In this document: positions 1 through 9,809 of the stretch, one piece after another | Layout: every line of letters starts with the position of its first letter | How positions within the stretch are numbered: position 1 is the first letter of the stretch | Assembly (NCBI GenBank): GCA_963796105.1 | Contig: CAWCKJ010000003.1 | Span: 128,001 to 192,000 of the forward strand | Length of the DNA stretch: 64,000 nt | Source: a candidate division FCPU426 bacterium | GTDB lineage: Bacteria; Oederibacteriota; Muellerivitia; Muellerivitales; Muellerivitaceae | Reading direction: 5' to 3' | Notes under the pieces: generated by a model | What the model was told of the DNA's origin: nothing | What the model saw: the letters and a program-made list of their open reading frames with translations, nothing else | Databases searched by the model: none | Position numbers and translations under genes: made by a program

Positions 1-1149
1 GCCATTCTTTGGTTTTCCCCGCTCCTGTTCCTGGGATTGGAATGGGCCTATGAAAAGGCGGGGAAGTTCCGTTTTTGGGCGACAGCCCTTGTGGCCTTGC
101 AGGTCCTCATCGGCGCCGGCATCACCTTCGGCGAGAAGGATTCCTCCAGGAATCTCGCGGTGGAGGACGTCGGGAGGGATATTTTCAGGCAGATGCCGAG
201 ACGGTCTGTTCTCTACAGCGAGGGCGACGCCGTGACCTTTTCCCTGGCTTATTTAAACCTGGTCTTGGGCCTCAGGCCCGACCTGGATCTTTTCGACCGG
301 ACGGGGGGGCTTTTCAAGGATCTGTACCAGCTTCTGGATTACCGGGGGAGTCCAAGCGTCACTTTGGATTACCTGGTCGGCAAGGAAAGGGCTTACGAGT
401 CGATTCGGCAACCCGTGGACATCTATTACAGCGAATCCACCTATTCACCAGGCAGGGCCCTGACGATGACCGGTTTGCTTTTCAAGGTCACGGAGGGGAA
501 TATGGGTTTGGGCCCGATGGACCTTTGGAACGGCTTCCGGCCTCCCCGGATAGAAAGGCGCCATGATTATTTCTCGAGGGAAACAGGGGCAAGGTACTTT
601 CTTTTCAAAGCATCCTGGGACCTGGACCAGGCCAAGAACCAGGCTTATTATCAGGCGGACATGGACCGGCTCGGGGAACTGACCTTCGATAATTACAGGC
701 TTCTCGTGAACGAGGGATTAGTCGAGAGCGGCCACGGTAGGACGGACCAGGCGGTGCTGGACTATGAGAAGGCCATCGAGATCACGCCGGATGCCTCCCT
801 GGCCTGGGTTGACCTGGGCATTGTCGCACACAAACAGGGGCGCGTCGCGGATGCGGTGAGGTACTACCGAAAAGCCGTGGCCCTGGAGCCCTATAACGCT
901 GTCTACCACATCCACTTGGGTTACGAGTATTACCAAAACGGACAAGCCCAGGAGGCCATCGGGGAATGGGAAACAACCAGGAGGATTGATCCCTCGAACC
1001 CCGAGGCCTATCACAACCTGGGCCTCATTTACATGAAGACCAATCCGGAATACGCCGCCCAGATGATCCGGCAATTCCTGGGTATATATCCGGGTGCGGG
1101 GGACCGACCTGCACTTGAGAAATGGCTCGCGGCTCAGCCCGCCCAGTAG
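1..1149 (+). CDS. 5'-truncated DUF2723/TMEM260-like (GT-C) membrane protein with C-terminal TPR repeats
   Basis: Frame is open from base 1. Motif 'SVLYSEGDAVTFSLAYLNLVLGLRPDL' resembles the DUF2723-family GDNDTFPLWY...RPD segment. C-terminal TPRs (AWVDLGIV...YRKAVALEP; AYHNLGLIY). Confidence 0.65.
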   Translation, partial: AILWFSPLLFLGLEWAYEKAGKFRFWATALVALQVLIGAGITFGEKDSSRNLAVEDVGRDIFRQMPRRSVLYSEGDAVTFSLAYLNLVLGLRPDLDLFDRTGGLFKDLYQLLDYRGSPSVTLDYLVGKERAYESIRQPVDIYYSESTYSPGRALTMTGLLFKVTEGNMGLGPMDLWNGFRPPRIERRHDYFSRETGARYFLFKASWDLDQAKNQAYYQADMDRLGELTFDNYRLLVNEGLVESGHGRTDQAVLDYEKAIEITPDASLAWVDLGIVAHKQGRVADAVRYYRKAVALEPYNAVYHIHLGYEYYQNGQAQEAIGEWETTRRIDPSNPEAYHNLGLIYMKTNPEYAAQMIRQFLGIYPGAGDRPALEKWLAAQPAQ

Positions 1150-1295
1150 CTCATCGACCCCGGCGGATGCCGCGCTTAACCCCAGCGATTCCACCTGAAT
1201 CCGCTTTTCATAAGGCGCCATTGATTTCCGGCAATGGCCGCTTTAATCCTTGTTCTGTGTTAAAATAACCGCCTTCATCACAATTAAGGAACGAC

Positions 1296-2234
1296 ATGGC
1301 CCGGATCGCAGCGGTTTTCCCCAATGAAGGATCTCAATACGTGGGCATGGGCAAGGATTTTTACGCGAAATCCCTGACCGTGCGCAAATACTACGACGAC
1401 ACGGAGAAACTCCTGAGCTCGAAGATTGCGAAGGTTTGCTTCCTGGGGCCCAAGGAGGAACAGGACAAGATCCTGAACGCCCACCTGGCCACCTTCGTGA
1501 ATGAAGTGGCTTTTTTTGAGCCTATCGTGCAAAACCGCAGGAAACCCGAGCTTTTAACCGGTGTGGGCGTGGGGGAAGTGGCGGGCCTGGTTCTGGGGGA
1601 ATGCCTGCCCTTCATTAATGCCCTTCAGTTTGTGGTCAAGAGGATCCCGCTTTTGGAGGTTTTCGCTGCGAAACACGGCGGCGGCTCCATTTCCATCATG
1701 GGAATCACCCTGGAACAGCTCCAACCTCTTTTGGCCCGGGAGGAGGGGGAAATCACCATCACGCATTATCTCGCCCCGGATACTTTCATCGTATGGGGGC
1801 CCAAGGATGCCGTAGGCTCCCTCCAGGCTGAATTGCAGGGGGTAAAGGGTCTCAAGACCAATCCACAGCCTTCCAGGGGTCCGCTCTTTACCCCTCTTGC
1901 CTCTGAGCTTGAAGCCGGCTTGGGGAAACTGCTGGAGGAGTGCCTGGGTGACGTGAAGCTGAAGAATCCCAAAATCGCCTTCGTGTCCTGCGGGGACGGG
2001 GAAAGGATCGGAACCCCGGAAAACGTAAGGGATGTCCTGGTCAAGCAATATTCAAGGCCGGTCCAATGGGTCCAAACGGTAAAAGCCGTCATTTTCCAAG
2101 GGTTTCGGAGCTGGGTGGAGGTGGGCCCGGGCCGGACCTATGTCTCCATGGTGAAGAAAATCGACGTGGATACCCGCATCACCAACGTGGAGGATATGAA
2201 GAGCCTATCCCTCATGGTGAAGTTGACGGGATAA
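1296..2234 (+). CDS. FabD (malonyl-CoA:ACP transacylase)-like protein with degenerate catalytic residues
   Basis: FPNEGSQYVGMG, KQYSRPVQW and WVEVGPG match the FabD fold. GHSLGE is replaced by GVGVGE and the PxHS His by PLFT. Confidence 0.85.
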   Translation: MARIAAVFPNEGSQYVGMGKDFYAKSLTVRKYYDDTEKLLSSKIAKVCFLGPKEEQDKILNAHLATFVNEVAFFEPIVQNRRKPELLTGVGVGEVAGLVLGECLPFINALQFVVKRIPLLEVFAAKHGGGSISIMGITLEQLQPLLAREEGEITITHYLAPDTFIVWGPKDAVGSLQAELQGVKGLKTNPQPSRGPLFTPLASELEAGLGKLLEECLGDVKLKNPKIAFVSCGDGERIGTPENVRDVLVKQYSRPVQWVQTVKAVIFQGFRSWVEVGPGRTYVSMVKKIDVDTRITNVEDMKSLSLMVKLTG

Positions 2235-2239
2235 CGAAA

Positions 2240-2716
2240 ATGAAATTATTAGCGGGACTCATCCTACTCTTCTCCTCCGCCCTCGCGGTTTACGGGAAAG
2301 ACAACACTGACCTGGCCGCCCAGAACCAAATGGGAAACCAGATCAACCTTCCCTCGATGATTACCAGCCCGACGGAAACGCCCACTCCGGTGGTTCATAG
2401 GACTCCCGTGGTCACGAAACCCGGAATCAGCGTCATTCCTAACCCCGCCCGAGGAAAAAAATTGTCTTTCCGGATCATGGCCCCTTCCCTGAGCAAGGCC
2501 TATATCCGCGTTTACGACCGCAATTTCGACCCCGTGACTGTTTTGGTGCAGGAAGGGGAGCAGCTTTTCGACGTGATGTGGAACCTCCAAAAGGTGCCGG
2601 AAGGCCCCTACTATTACCAGGCCCAGCTGGATGAGAAGCGCGGCGGCAAGGTCACCAAATTCCAGATGCAAAAATTCGCCGTGATCAAAGACGAGGATCC
2701 GGAGGAAAAACCATGA
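2240..2716 (+). CDS. Small secreted protein: signal peptide, Pro/Thr linker, T9SS-type-A/FlgD-like C-terminal beta domain
   Basis: ATG at 2240 (MKLLAGLILLFSSALAVYG) lies 5 nt after the upstream stop; PTETPTP linker; VIPNP...IRVYD...WN...GPYYY pattern. The ORF-track start at 2066 overlaps the upstream gene and was rejected. Confidence 0.65.
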   Translation: MKLLAGLILLFSSALAVYGKDNTDLAAQNQMGNQINLPSMITSPTETPTPVVHRTPVVTKPGISVIPNPARGKKLSFRIMAPSLSKAYIRVYDRNFDPVTVLVQEGEQLFDVMWNLQKVPEGPYYYQAQLDEKRGGKVTKFQMQKFAVIKDEDPEEKP

Positions 2717-4143
2717 CCCTTCCCGAGGTCCTGATCGTTGGACGGCCCAATGTTGGAAAATCCACCCTTTTCAACCGTTTGATCGGCAGAAACATCGCCC
2801 TGGTGGACGGACAGCCCGGGTCCACCCGCGACCTGAAGAGCATGGAGGCTGAGTGGAACGGTACGTCCTTCCTTTTGACCGATTCCGGAGGTTGGGTCCC
2901 GGGAGAGAAGGAATCCATCGCGGCGAAAGTGGGGGCCATGCTGGAGATTAAAATCCGCCAGGCCACGGCCCTCTTGCTGGTGGTGGACGGCTCGGAGGGA
3001 TTGACCCAGCCGGATGAAATCATCGTGCGGCACCTGAGAGAACTCAACCTTCCGACATGGCTGCTGGTCAATAAGGCCGACCAATTCGAGAAGTGGGACG
3101 AGACCCTTTCGGATTTCAGGCGTTTGGGATTCGAGAATTGTTTCCCCCTTTCCGCTTCCCATGGTATTGGACTCGACGATTTCCTTGACAGCCTGGTGGA
3201 TTTCCTGAAACGGGAAAATTTACCTGAAAAGGACGAAAAGGAAGAGAAAAAGCCCCTCAAACTCGCCTTCCTAGGGAAACCCAATGTCGGCAAATCCTCC
3301 CTGGTGAACGCACTCTTGGGTGAGAATAAACTGCTCGTGGACGACCTGCCAGGAACGACCCATGACGCGATTCCCCTCATCCTGGAAGTCGGGAACGACC
3401 CCCTGGTCCTAGTGGATACCGCGGGAATCAGGGCCACCCAAAGGCAGGACAGCCGCATCGAGGAACTCAGCGTCCAACAGACGCTTTATGAGCTTCAAAC
3501 CTGCCAGGTGGCGCTGTTTCTCCTGGATGGGGAAAAGGGGATCACCCACCAGGACGTCTCCATCGCCCGGATCCTCCAGCAGGCTTTCCGCCCCGTGGTC
3601 ATCCTGATCAACAAATGGGACATCCACCCCAAGGGAGCGGAACAGGCCAGGGCCGAGAGAATCACCCACAGGGAGCTGAGGACGATCCAATTCGCCCCCA
3701 TCCTTTTCATCTCGGCGAAAAACGGACAAGGATTGGACAGGATCCTGCCCTTGGCCTCCGCCGTATATGAGGAAAGCCTCAAGAAAGTACCCACGGCCCA
3801 GGTCAACAACGCCTTCCAGGACGCGGTGGCCAAGCAACAGCCGCCCTTCAAGAAGGGAAACCAGGTGAGGTTCTTTTACGGGTACCAGCGCCAGGGACAT
3901 CCCCCAGCTTTCGAGGTTTTCGTGAGCCATCCGGAGAGTATCACTCCCTCCTACCTCCGCTATCTGGAGGTGGAACTGCGCAAGTCGGTGGGAATGGAAT
4001 CGACTCCCTTGCAGATCGTTTTGAAGGCGAAAAGCGACAAGCACGGTTTCAAGAAACCTTCCTACAAAAGGAATTTCGACCCGAATGTCTCCCGCAGGAA
4101 AAAAAGGCTCGCGGGAGAAAGGAAAAAAAAGGAAAAACGATGA
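2713..4143 (+). CDS. der: Ribosome biogenesis GTPase Der (EngA)
   Basis: Two GTPase domains (GRPNVGKS/DSGG/NKAD and GKPNVGKS/DTAG/NKWD) plus C-terminal KH-like domain (SYLRYLE). Confidence 0.97.
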   Translation: MTLPEVLIVGRPNVGKSTLFNRLIGRNIALVDGQPGSTRDLKSMEAEWNGTSFLLTDSGGWVPGEKESIAAKVGAMLEIKIRQATALLLVVDGSEGLTQPDEIIVRHLRELNLPTWLLVNKADQFEKWDETLSDFRRLGFENCFPLSASHGIGLDDFLDSLVDFLKRENLPEKDEKEEKKPLKLAFLGKPNVGKSSLVNALLGENKLLVDDLPGTTHDAIPLILEVGNDPLVLVDTAGIRATQRQDSRIEELSVQQTLYELQTCQVALFLLDGEKGITHQDVSIARILQQAFRPVVILINKWDIHPKGAEQARAERITHRELRTIQFAPILFISAKNGQGLDRILPLASAVYEESLKKVPTAQVNNAFQDAVAKQQPPFKKGNQVRFFYGYQRQGHPPAFEVFVSHPESITPSYLRYLEVELRKSVGMESTPLQIVLKAKSDKHGFKKPSYKRNFDPNVSRRKKRLAGERKKKEKR

Positions 4144-4748
4144 GTTTACTTCTTTCCTTATTTGGCTCCTATTTGTTGGGTTCCATTCCGTTCGGTTTCT
4201 TGGCGGTGAAACTCGCCAAGGGCATCGACGTCCGGACCCAGGGGAGCGGGAACATCGGAATGACCAACGTATGGAGAGTGGCTGGCGCGCCTTGGGGAAT
4301 CTTGACCCTGCTCCTGGACGCCTCCAAGGGAGTACTGGCAGTCTGGCTGGGGCGTCATTTCATCCCCCAAAGCGAAATGGGTGGCGTCCTTTGCGGCCTA
4401 TTAGCGTTGGTTGGAAATGTTTTCAGCCTATTCATGAAATTTAAAGGCGGTAAAGGGGTCGGGGTGAGCGTCGGTGTTTTTTTCAGCCTACTGCCCCTGG
4501 AAAGCGCCTTCGGCACGGCTGTATTCCTGTTGGCGCTTTTAATCTGGAGGATGATTTCAGCCGGAAGCCTCCTGGGGTTCACCGCAATGACCCTTTTGAC
4601 TTTTTATTTTCAAAGGGGTTTGACTTGGTTGTCCGGATTGGCTTTGACCGGAGCTTTGGTTGTTTGGTGGTCCCACCGCCAAAATATACGCCGCCTTTTA
4701 AACGGTACCGAGAGTAAAATAAGCGGAAAACATAAGGGGAGAACTTGA
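4140..4748 (+). CDS. plsY: Glycerol-3-phosphate acyltransferase PlsY
   Basis: YLLGSIPFG, GSGNIGMTNVWR, FKGGKGV, HRQNIRRL motifs; der-plsY-gpsA order. Confidence 0.96.
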   Translation: MSLLLSLFGSYLLGSIPFGFLAVKLAKGIDVRTQGSGNIGMTNVWRVAGAPWGILTLLLDASKGVLAVWLGRHFIPQSEMGGVLCGLLALVGNVFSLFMKFKGGKGVGVSVGVFFSLLPLESAFGTAVFLLALLIWRMISAGSLLGFTAMTLLTFYFQRGLTWLSGLALTGALVVWWSHRQNIRRLLNGTESKISGKHKGRT

Positions 4749-4752
4749 CCCA

Positions 4753-5748
4753 ATGAGAATAGGCATATTAGGAAGCGGAAGCTGGGGAACGGCATTGGCT
4801 TCGCTCCTGCAAAAATCCGGTCATGAGGTGAACCTCTGGGCCTTCGATCCCCGGGAGTTCCAAACCCTCATTGATACAAGGGAAAATCCGCTCCTCCCTG
4901 GCGTGCTTTTGAGCCCGCGAATCAACATTACTCATCATCTCATGGATGCTTTAAAGGGCCGGGAGGGAATTGTCGTAGCAGTGCCTTCCCACGCCGTCCG
5001 GGCGACGGCTGTTCAGGCGGCCTTGAATTGGCCTCATTCGGGTTGGGCGGTTTGCGTGAGCAAAGGCCTCGAAATGGATTCCAGGTTGACGTTAAGCCAG
5101 GTTCTTCGCCAGTCCCTTCCGCCTGGAACGCCCATCGGAGTTTTATCCGGACCAAGCCACGCTGAGGAGGTTTCCGTTGAAATGCCGACGACCGTCGTGA
5201 CAGCCTCACCTGACCCCCGGCTTGCCGAGAAGATACAACAAGCCTTCCACACGGATTATTTCCGGGTCTATACCTCCCAGGATATCCTCGGCGTGGAATT
5301 GGGCGGTTCCCTCAAGAACGTCATCGCGATCGCGGCCGGAGTCCTGGATGGGATGGGATTGGGAGACAACACCAAGGCGGCCCTGATGACTAGGGGCCTT
5401 TATGAAATTACCAAGGTCGGGGTCGCGCTGGGCGCCAAGGCCCAGACTTTCGCGGGCCTCGCCGGTATGGGGGATTTAATTGTCACCTGCATCAGTCGGC
5501 ACAGCCGTAACCGATTCTTGGGAGAGAAAATCGGGAAGGGAATTCCCCCAACCCAGGCCATGCGGGAGATGACGATGGTCGCGGAGGGCGTCAATACCTC
5601 CAAGGCCGCCTTGGAAATCGCGCGGGAATTGGAAGTGGAAGTCCCCATTACTCGGGAGGTATACCAGGTCCTTTTCGAGGATAAACCGGTCCGCGAGGCC
5701 ATCTCCAGCCTCCTGACGAGGTCGGCCAAGCCGGAGAGCCTGATTTAA
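4753..5748 (+). CDS. gpsA: NAD(P)H-dependent glycerol-3-phosphate dehydrogenase
   Basis: GSGSWGTALA, LSGPSHA, LKNVIAIAAG, GDLIVTC..SRN motifs. Confidence 0.97.
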   Translation: MRIGILGSGSWGTALASLLQKSGHEVNLWAFDPREFQTLIDTRENPLLPGVLLSPRINITHHLMDALKGREGIVVAVPSHAVRATAVQAALNWPHSGWAVCVSKGLEMDSRLTLSQVLRQSLPPGTPIGVLSGPSHAEEVSVEMPTTVVTASPDPRLAEKIQQAFHTDYFRVYTSQDILGVELGGSLKNVIAIAAGVLDGMGLGDNTKAALMTRGLYEITKVGVALGAKAQTFAGLAGMGDLIVTCISRHSRNRFLGEKIGKGIPPTQAMREMTMVAEGVNTSKAALEIARELEVEVPITREVYQVLFEDKPVREAISSLLTRSAKPESLI

Positions 5749-5756
5749 GGAAAAAC

Positions 5757-6047
5757 ATGAAACGCAAAGATATCCTGAAGCAGCTGACCCGCTTGGGTTT
5801 GACCAAACACCAAGCCCAAAAGGCCGTCGATGGTTTTTTCCGGTCCATCACGGACGCCTTGCGGGAGGGGAAAAAAGTTTCTATAGTGGGTTTAGGCAGC
5901 TGGGAATGGAAAAGACGGCCGGCCCGGCCGGCCCGAAATCCCAGGACTGGAAAGGTAGTCCAGCTCAAGGAACGTAAAACGCTTGTTTTCAAGCCCAGTC
6001 AATTGATCAAGAATAAGTTGAACGCCCGTCCAGAACCGCGAAAATAA
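5757..6047 (+). CDS. HU/IHF-family DNA-binding protein (IHF alpha by context)
   Basis: V.IVGLGSW, ARNPRTG and FKPS motifs; followed by merR and tRNA-Pro as in ihfA loci. Confidence 0.9.
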   Translation: MKRKDILKQLTRLGLTKHQAQKAVDGFFRSITDALREGKKVSIVGLGSWEWKRRPARPARNPRTGKVVQLKERKTLVFKPSQLIKNKLNARPEPRK

Positions 6048-6063
6048 ACCCGGAGGATCCTGC

Positions 6064-6555
6064 TTGGACGAAAAGCTTTTTTATACCATCGGGGAAGTTT
6101 CCAAATACGTTGACGTCAAGCCCTATGTCCTCCGCTATTGGGAAACGGAATTCCGGAAGCTGAACCCCCAAAAATCGGTCACGGGCCAGAGGACCTATCG
6201 AAAAAAAGACATCCAGATGGCCCTGACTATCCGGCGGCTGCTTTACGAGGAAAAATACACCATTGCGGGAGCTATTCAAAAACTCGAGGAGCTTGAAAAT
6301 GAGGGTTTGGATTCCTTTATCCCCCCCGTGGATGAAACGCGCCAAGTTGAAGAGGCTGGCTCCGAGGCGGCCGGGGTTTCAGTGGAAGAAAAAACCATTC
6401 CGGGGGAAGCCGAAAAAGCGGGAATAACACTTGAAGAAGCCAAAGGCGAAGCGGTAAAACCGCGTGGGTCCGCCCGGCCTCCGGAAAAAATAAGGGAACT
6501 ATTCACGCTGATCGCCGAGACGAAAAGCATCCTGGAAAAATATCCGGCGCTCTGA
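6064..6555 (+). CDS. MerR-family HTH regulator with acidic C-terminal tail
   Basis: [44 protein letters not shown] start after GGAGG. Confidence 0.92.
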   Translation: MDEKLFYTIGEVSKYVDVKPYVLRYWETEFRKLNPQKSVTGQRTYRKKDIQMALTIRRLLYEEKYTIAGAIQKLEELENEGLDSFIPPVDETRQVEEAGSEAAGVSVEEKTIPGEAEKAGITLEEAKGEAVKPRGSARPPEKIRELFTLIAETKSILEKYPAL

Positions 6556-6582
6556 GTTTTCCTGCGAATAACACCCTTTTTC

Positions 6583-6611
6583 TTGAAGAAGGTTATTTTT
6601 GGGCCTATAGT
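6583..6611 (+). promoter_or_regulatory. Sigma-70 promoter for the tRNA-Pro pair
   Basis: TTGAAG(6583)-17 nt-TATAGT(6606). Confidence 0.55.
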
Positions 6612-6718
6612 ATGCATCCCATCGGGGGTAGTGGTTTCTTTTCCCTTTTTGGGCTAAAAATCCGCCGTTTTGGGGTTAGGGACCAAGAAGATGTGTTCGT
6701 CCCGGGGGTATCTTTGGG

Positions 6719-6795
<77 letters not shown>

Positions 6796-6839
6796 GGATA
6801 TCGAGGTTAGTTCACTCTAAAAGATTTTTGGTCGGTTAT

Positions 6840-6916
6840 CGGGGCGTGGCGCAGCTCGGTAGCGCAGTTGCATGGGGTGCAAAAGGTCGCAGGTTCAAAT
6901 CCTGCCGCCCCGACCA
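6840..6916 (+). tRNA. tRNA-Pro (anticodon GGG)
   Basis: CGGGGCG/CGCCCCG acceptor stem, loop ATGGGGT, GCAGG-TTCAAAT-CCTGC T arm, encoded CCA. Confidence 0.96.
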
Positions 6917-7081
6917 TTTTTTTCAAGTGAGTTTTATTCATTTTTTTAGTCGTCCCTAGTATTCAATTCTTCTCCAAAACCGCAATTCCGGCCATTTATT
7001 CTTAATGAGTCAAAAATAATCCATCCCCGTTCAAAAAACTGACAAAACAAGCTCGCTTTTTGCATTCAAAGGAGTCGATTC

Positions 7082-7357
7082 ATGGTGAAAGGACTTTCGG
7101 CGATCGCCCATGGAAGGGTCCAGGGGGTTGGTTTCCGTTATTTCGTGAAAACAATGGCGGATAAGCTCGGTTTAATGGGATGGGTTCGTAATTCAGTGAA
7201 TGGGACGGTTGAGGTCCTAGTGGTTGGAAACCCGCCTGATTTGGAACGTTTTTTGCATGAAATAGAAAGGGGGCCTGTGGGTAGTTGGGTGGAAAAGGTG
7301 GATTATCAATGGATTGTGGAACCCCCGATTTTAAGGAGTTTTAACATTAAGGATTGA
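7082..7357 (+). CDS. acyP: Acylphosphatase
   Basis: GRVQGVGFR and GWVRN..GTVEV signatures. Confidence 0.96.
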   Translation: MVKGLSAIAHGRVQGVGFRYFVKTMADKLGLMGWVRNSVNGTVEVLVVGNPPDLERFLHEIERGPVGSWVEKVDYQWIVEPPILRSFNIKD

Positions 7358-7359
7358 AA

Positions 7360-8331
7360 ATGGCTAAAAAAAATAAATTAAAACTCAACCTCAAATCCAA
7401 TTCCCGGAAAATTCGTAATTCCCCCCTAGTCCCAGCCGCTGAAAGATCCATCAAAAAACAAGCCCTGGTTTTCAAGAGCGAGAGAGTCACCACCGACAGC
7501 CTCAAACTCTATTTCCGGGAAATATCCAAAGTCCCCCTGTTGAATGCGAGCGAGGAAGTGTTTCTCGCCAAACGCATTGAAAAGGGCGACATGAAAGCCA
7601 AACAGAAACTTATCGCCTCGAATTTGCGCCTAGTTATCAACGTGGCCAAAAGGTACATGAACCAAGGGCTGGCTTTCCAGGATCTCATCGAGGAGGGAAA
7701 CCTGGGCTTGATCAAGGCCAGCGAGAAATTTTCCTGGCGGCGGGGATTCAAGTTCAGCACCTACGCGACCTGGTGGATCCGTCAGGCTATCACCCGCGCC
7801 CTTTCCAACCACTCCAGGACCGTCCGGGTCCCGGTCCACGTATCCGAGGACATCAATCGTTTCAGCCGAATCTCAAGGGATCTCATCCGTAAATTGGGAA
7901 GGGACCCCAGCCTCCTGGAACTCTCCAAAGCCGCCAAGCTTAAATTCGACAAGATCCATAAACTGCAGACAATGGGTTTAAGGGACATATCACTTGATGT
8001 CCCGGTGGGGGATGAGTCCAATTCCAAGTCTGTCGGTGATTTCATTGAGGATCGGTCCAACAACAGTCCTGCCCAGAACGTCTTCGACCAGCTTCGGAGC
8101 GAGAAACTAAAGAGGCTGATCCAGACCCTCAATGAAAAGGAACAAATGGTTATCCTGATGCGTTTCGGCTTTGACCGGGACCAGCCGAAAACGCTGGAGG
8201 AAACCGGGAATATCCTTGGGGTCACCCGGGAACGCATCCGTCAAATAGAGGAAAAAGCCCTGCAAAAAATCCGTGTTCTGATGAAATCCCAAAACCAAGA
8301 ATATCGTGAACTTTTGGACGAATTTGTGTAA
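7360..8331 (+). CDS. Sigma-70 family factor lacking region 1.1 (group 2, RpoS-like)
   Basis: Region 1.2 [10 protein letters not shown], region 2 [27 protein letters not shown], region 4 [17 protein letters not shown]. Start 7354 (TTG) or 7360 (ATG). Confidence 0.9.
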   Translation: MAKKNKLKLNLKSNSRKIRNSPLVPAAERSIKKQALVFKSERVTTDSLKLYFREISKVPLLNASEEVFLAKRIEKGDMKAKQKLIASNLRLVINVAKRYMNQGLAFQDLIEEGNLGLIKASEKFSWRRGFKFSTYATWWIRQAITRALSNHSRTVRVPVHVSEDINRFSRISRDLIRKLGRDPSLLELSKAAKLKFDKIHKLQTMGLRDISLDVPVGDESNSKSVGDFIEDRSNNSPAQNVFDQLRSEKLKRLIQTLNEKEQMVILMRFGFDRDQPKTLEETGNILGVTRERIRQIEEKALQKIRVLMKSQNQEYRELLDEFV

Positions 8332-8401
8332 TATTGGTCCCCGGTTAGCCTTTCCCGCCTTAAAATCATAAATAAATTAAAAACTTAGGAAAAGGTGTGT
8401 T

Positions 8402-8914
8402 ATGGAACTGAAGAATTTTATCCGGGATATCCCTGATTACCCCAAGAAGGGGATCGTGTTCAAGGACATTACTCCCTTGCTGGGCGATCCCAAAGCGTTC
8501 CAATATTCCATCGAACAAATGGCAGAGCGTTATCAGGGAGCCGATATCAAGACAGTCGTAGCCATGGAATCGAGGGGATTCATTTTCGGAGGCGCCTTGG
8601 CGGACAAGCTGGGGGCGGGATTCGTGCCGGTCCGCAAGCCTAAGAAACTTCCCTGGAAGACCTACCAGGAAACCTATCAATTGGAATATGGGACGGACAC
8701 CCTGGAAATGCACCAGGACGCCGTTTCCGCCGGGGACAGGGTCTTAATCACGGATGACGTCCTTGCGACCGGAGGGACCGCGGCCGCAGCCATTCGGCTT
8801 GTGGAAAAAGCCGGGGGAAAGGTGGTAGAGGCCTGTTTTCTCATCCACCTGGGTTTCCTAAACGGACAGCAAAAATTGAAAAGCATACCCTTCTTTTCTA
8901 TAATCCAGTACTGA
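8402..8914 (+). CDS. apt: Adenine phosphoribosyltransferase
   Basis: FKDITPLL, ESRGF, RKPKKLP, LEYG, DDVLATGGT. Confidence 0.97.
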   Translation: MELKNFIRDIPDYPKKGIVFKDITPLLGDPKAFQYSIEQMAERYQGADIKTVVAMESRGFIFGGALADKLGAGFVPVRKPKKLPWKTYQETYQLEYGTDTLEMHQDAVSAGDRVLITDDVLATGGTAAAAIRLVEKAGGKVVEACFLIHLGFLNGQQKLKSIPFFSIIQY

Positions 8915-8948
8915 TCCCGTTTTTCCTCCCCTAGGGGTAGAGGCGGAC

Positions 8949-9025
8949 GCCCTCGTAGCTCAGTTGGATAGAGCGACCCTTTCCTAAAGGGTAGGTCACG
9001 CGTTCGATTCGCGTCGAGGGTACCA
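8949..9025 (+). tRNA. tRNA-Arg (anticodon CCT)
   Basis: GCCCTCG/CGAGGGT acceptor stem, ACCCT-TTCCTAA-AGGGT anticodon arm, ACGCG-TTCGATT-CGCGT T arm, CCA. Confidence 0.96.
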
Positions 9026-9031
9026 TCGGAT

Positions 9032-9064
9032 GAGGCCTTCCCGGAAGGGAAGGCTTCGTTTTTT
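9032..9064 (+). terminator. Rho-independent terminator after tRNA-Arg
   Basis: GAGGCCTTCCC-GGAA-GGGAAGGCTTC followed by GTTTTTT. Confidence 0.8.
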
Positions 9065-9090
9065 ACATCATTTCATTTGAAAGGCGATTT

Positions 9091-9786
9091 ATGACAAGCC
9101 CGCTGCAATCCTTGCCCGATTTACCATCGGAAAAACCGTCTGCAAAATGGCTGACCTGGGCCAAAAACCACCAGGAAATAGTCGCCGTCATCGGAATCCT
9201 GATTATCCTCCTGTGTGTGGGGATTCCCTATTACCTCCACAGCGTCGAGCAGGGAGAAAAAGACGCGATCTCTGCCTTGAATCTCGGCCAATACTATCTT
9301 CACTCACCCATTGATCCGAAAAACGGCCCATTCAAAACCAATCAGGAAAAGGACCAACAGGCCCTTCAGGCTTTCCAAAGAATCACGACGGATTATTCGG
9401 GGACAAGGGCCGCGAAGATTGCCCGGTTTTACGTGGCAAAGTGCCAATTCTTCCTTGGCCAATTCAATCTAGCTTACGCCAGTTTCGACTTGGCGGCTCA
9501 GGAACTCAAGGACTCCCCCTTGGGAGAGGAATCCTATCTCGGTAAGGTCCTTTGCCTGGAATCTCAGAATCAATGGACGCAGGCCATCACCCTTCTGGAA
9601 ACCCGCCTCAAGATCAAGCCCGACAGTTTTCTCGTTCCAGAGCTGCGGTTAAGCCTGGCCAGGTCCTACCTCAAGACCCAAAACAGGCAAAAAGCGGAAG
9701 AGATCCTCAGCCAAACAGCGGAGAACTTCAAGGACTCCGATTGGGGAAAAGAGGCCGCGAGGCAGTTGGAGGCCTTGAAATCTTGA
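9091..9786 (+). CDS. YfgM-like single-pass membrane TPR protein
   Basis: W.KNH followed by one TM helix, then TPR-like helices (ALQAFQRITTDYSGT; LSLARSYLK). Confidence 0.7.
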   Translation: MTSPLQSLPDLPSEKPSAKWLTWAKNHQEIVAVIGILIILLCVGIPYYLHSVEQGEKDAISALNLGQYYLHSPIDPKNGPFKTNQEKDQQALQAFQRITTDYSGTRAAKIARFYVAKCQFFLGQFNLAYASFDLAAQELKDSPLGEESYLGKVLCLESQNQWTQAITLLETRLKIKPDSFLVPELRLSLARSYLKTQNRQKAEEILSQTAENFKDSDWGKEAARQLEALKS

Positions 9787-9809
9787 CGGGGATTTCGAGA
9801 ATCGCTTCA

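Noticed and set aside
2685..4044. Long antisense ORFs (257 aa and 211 aa; also 26215-26967, 35411-36082, 38145-38801, 12456-13103)
   Set aside because: They are shadows of well-supported + strand genes and carry no recognisable motifs.
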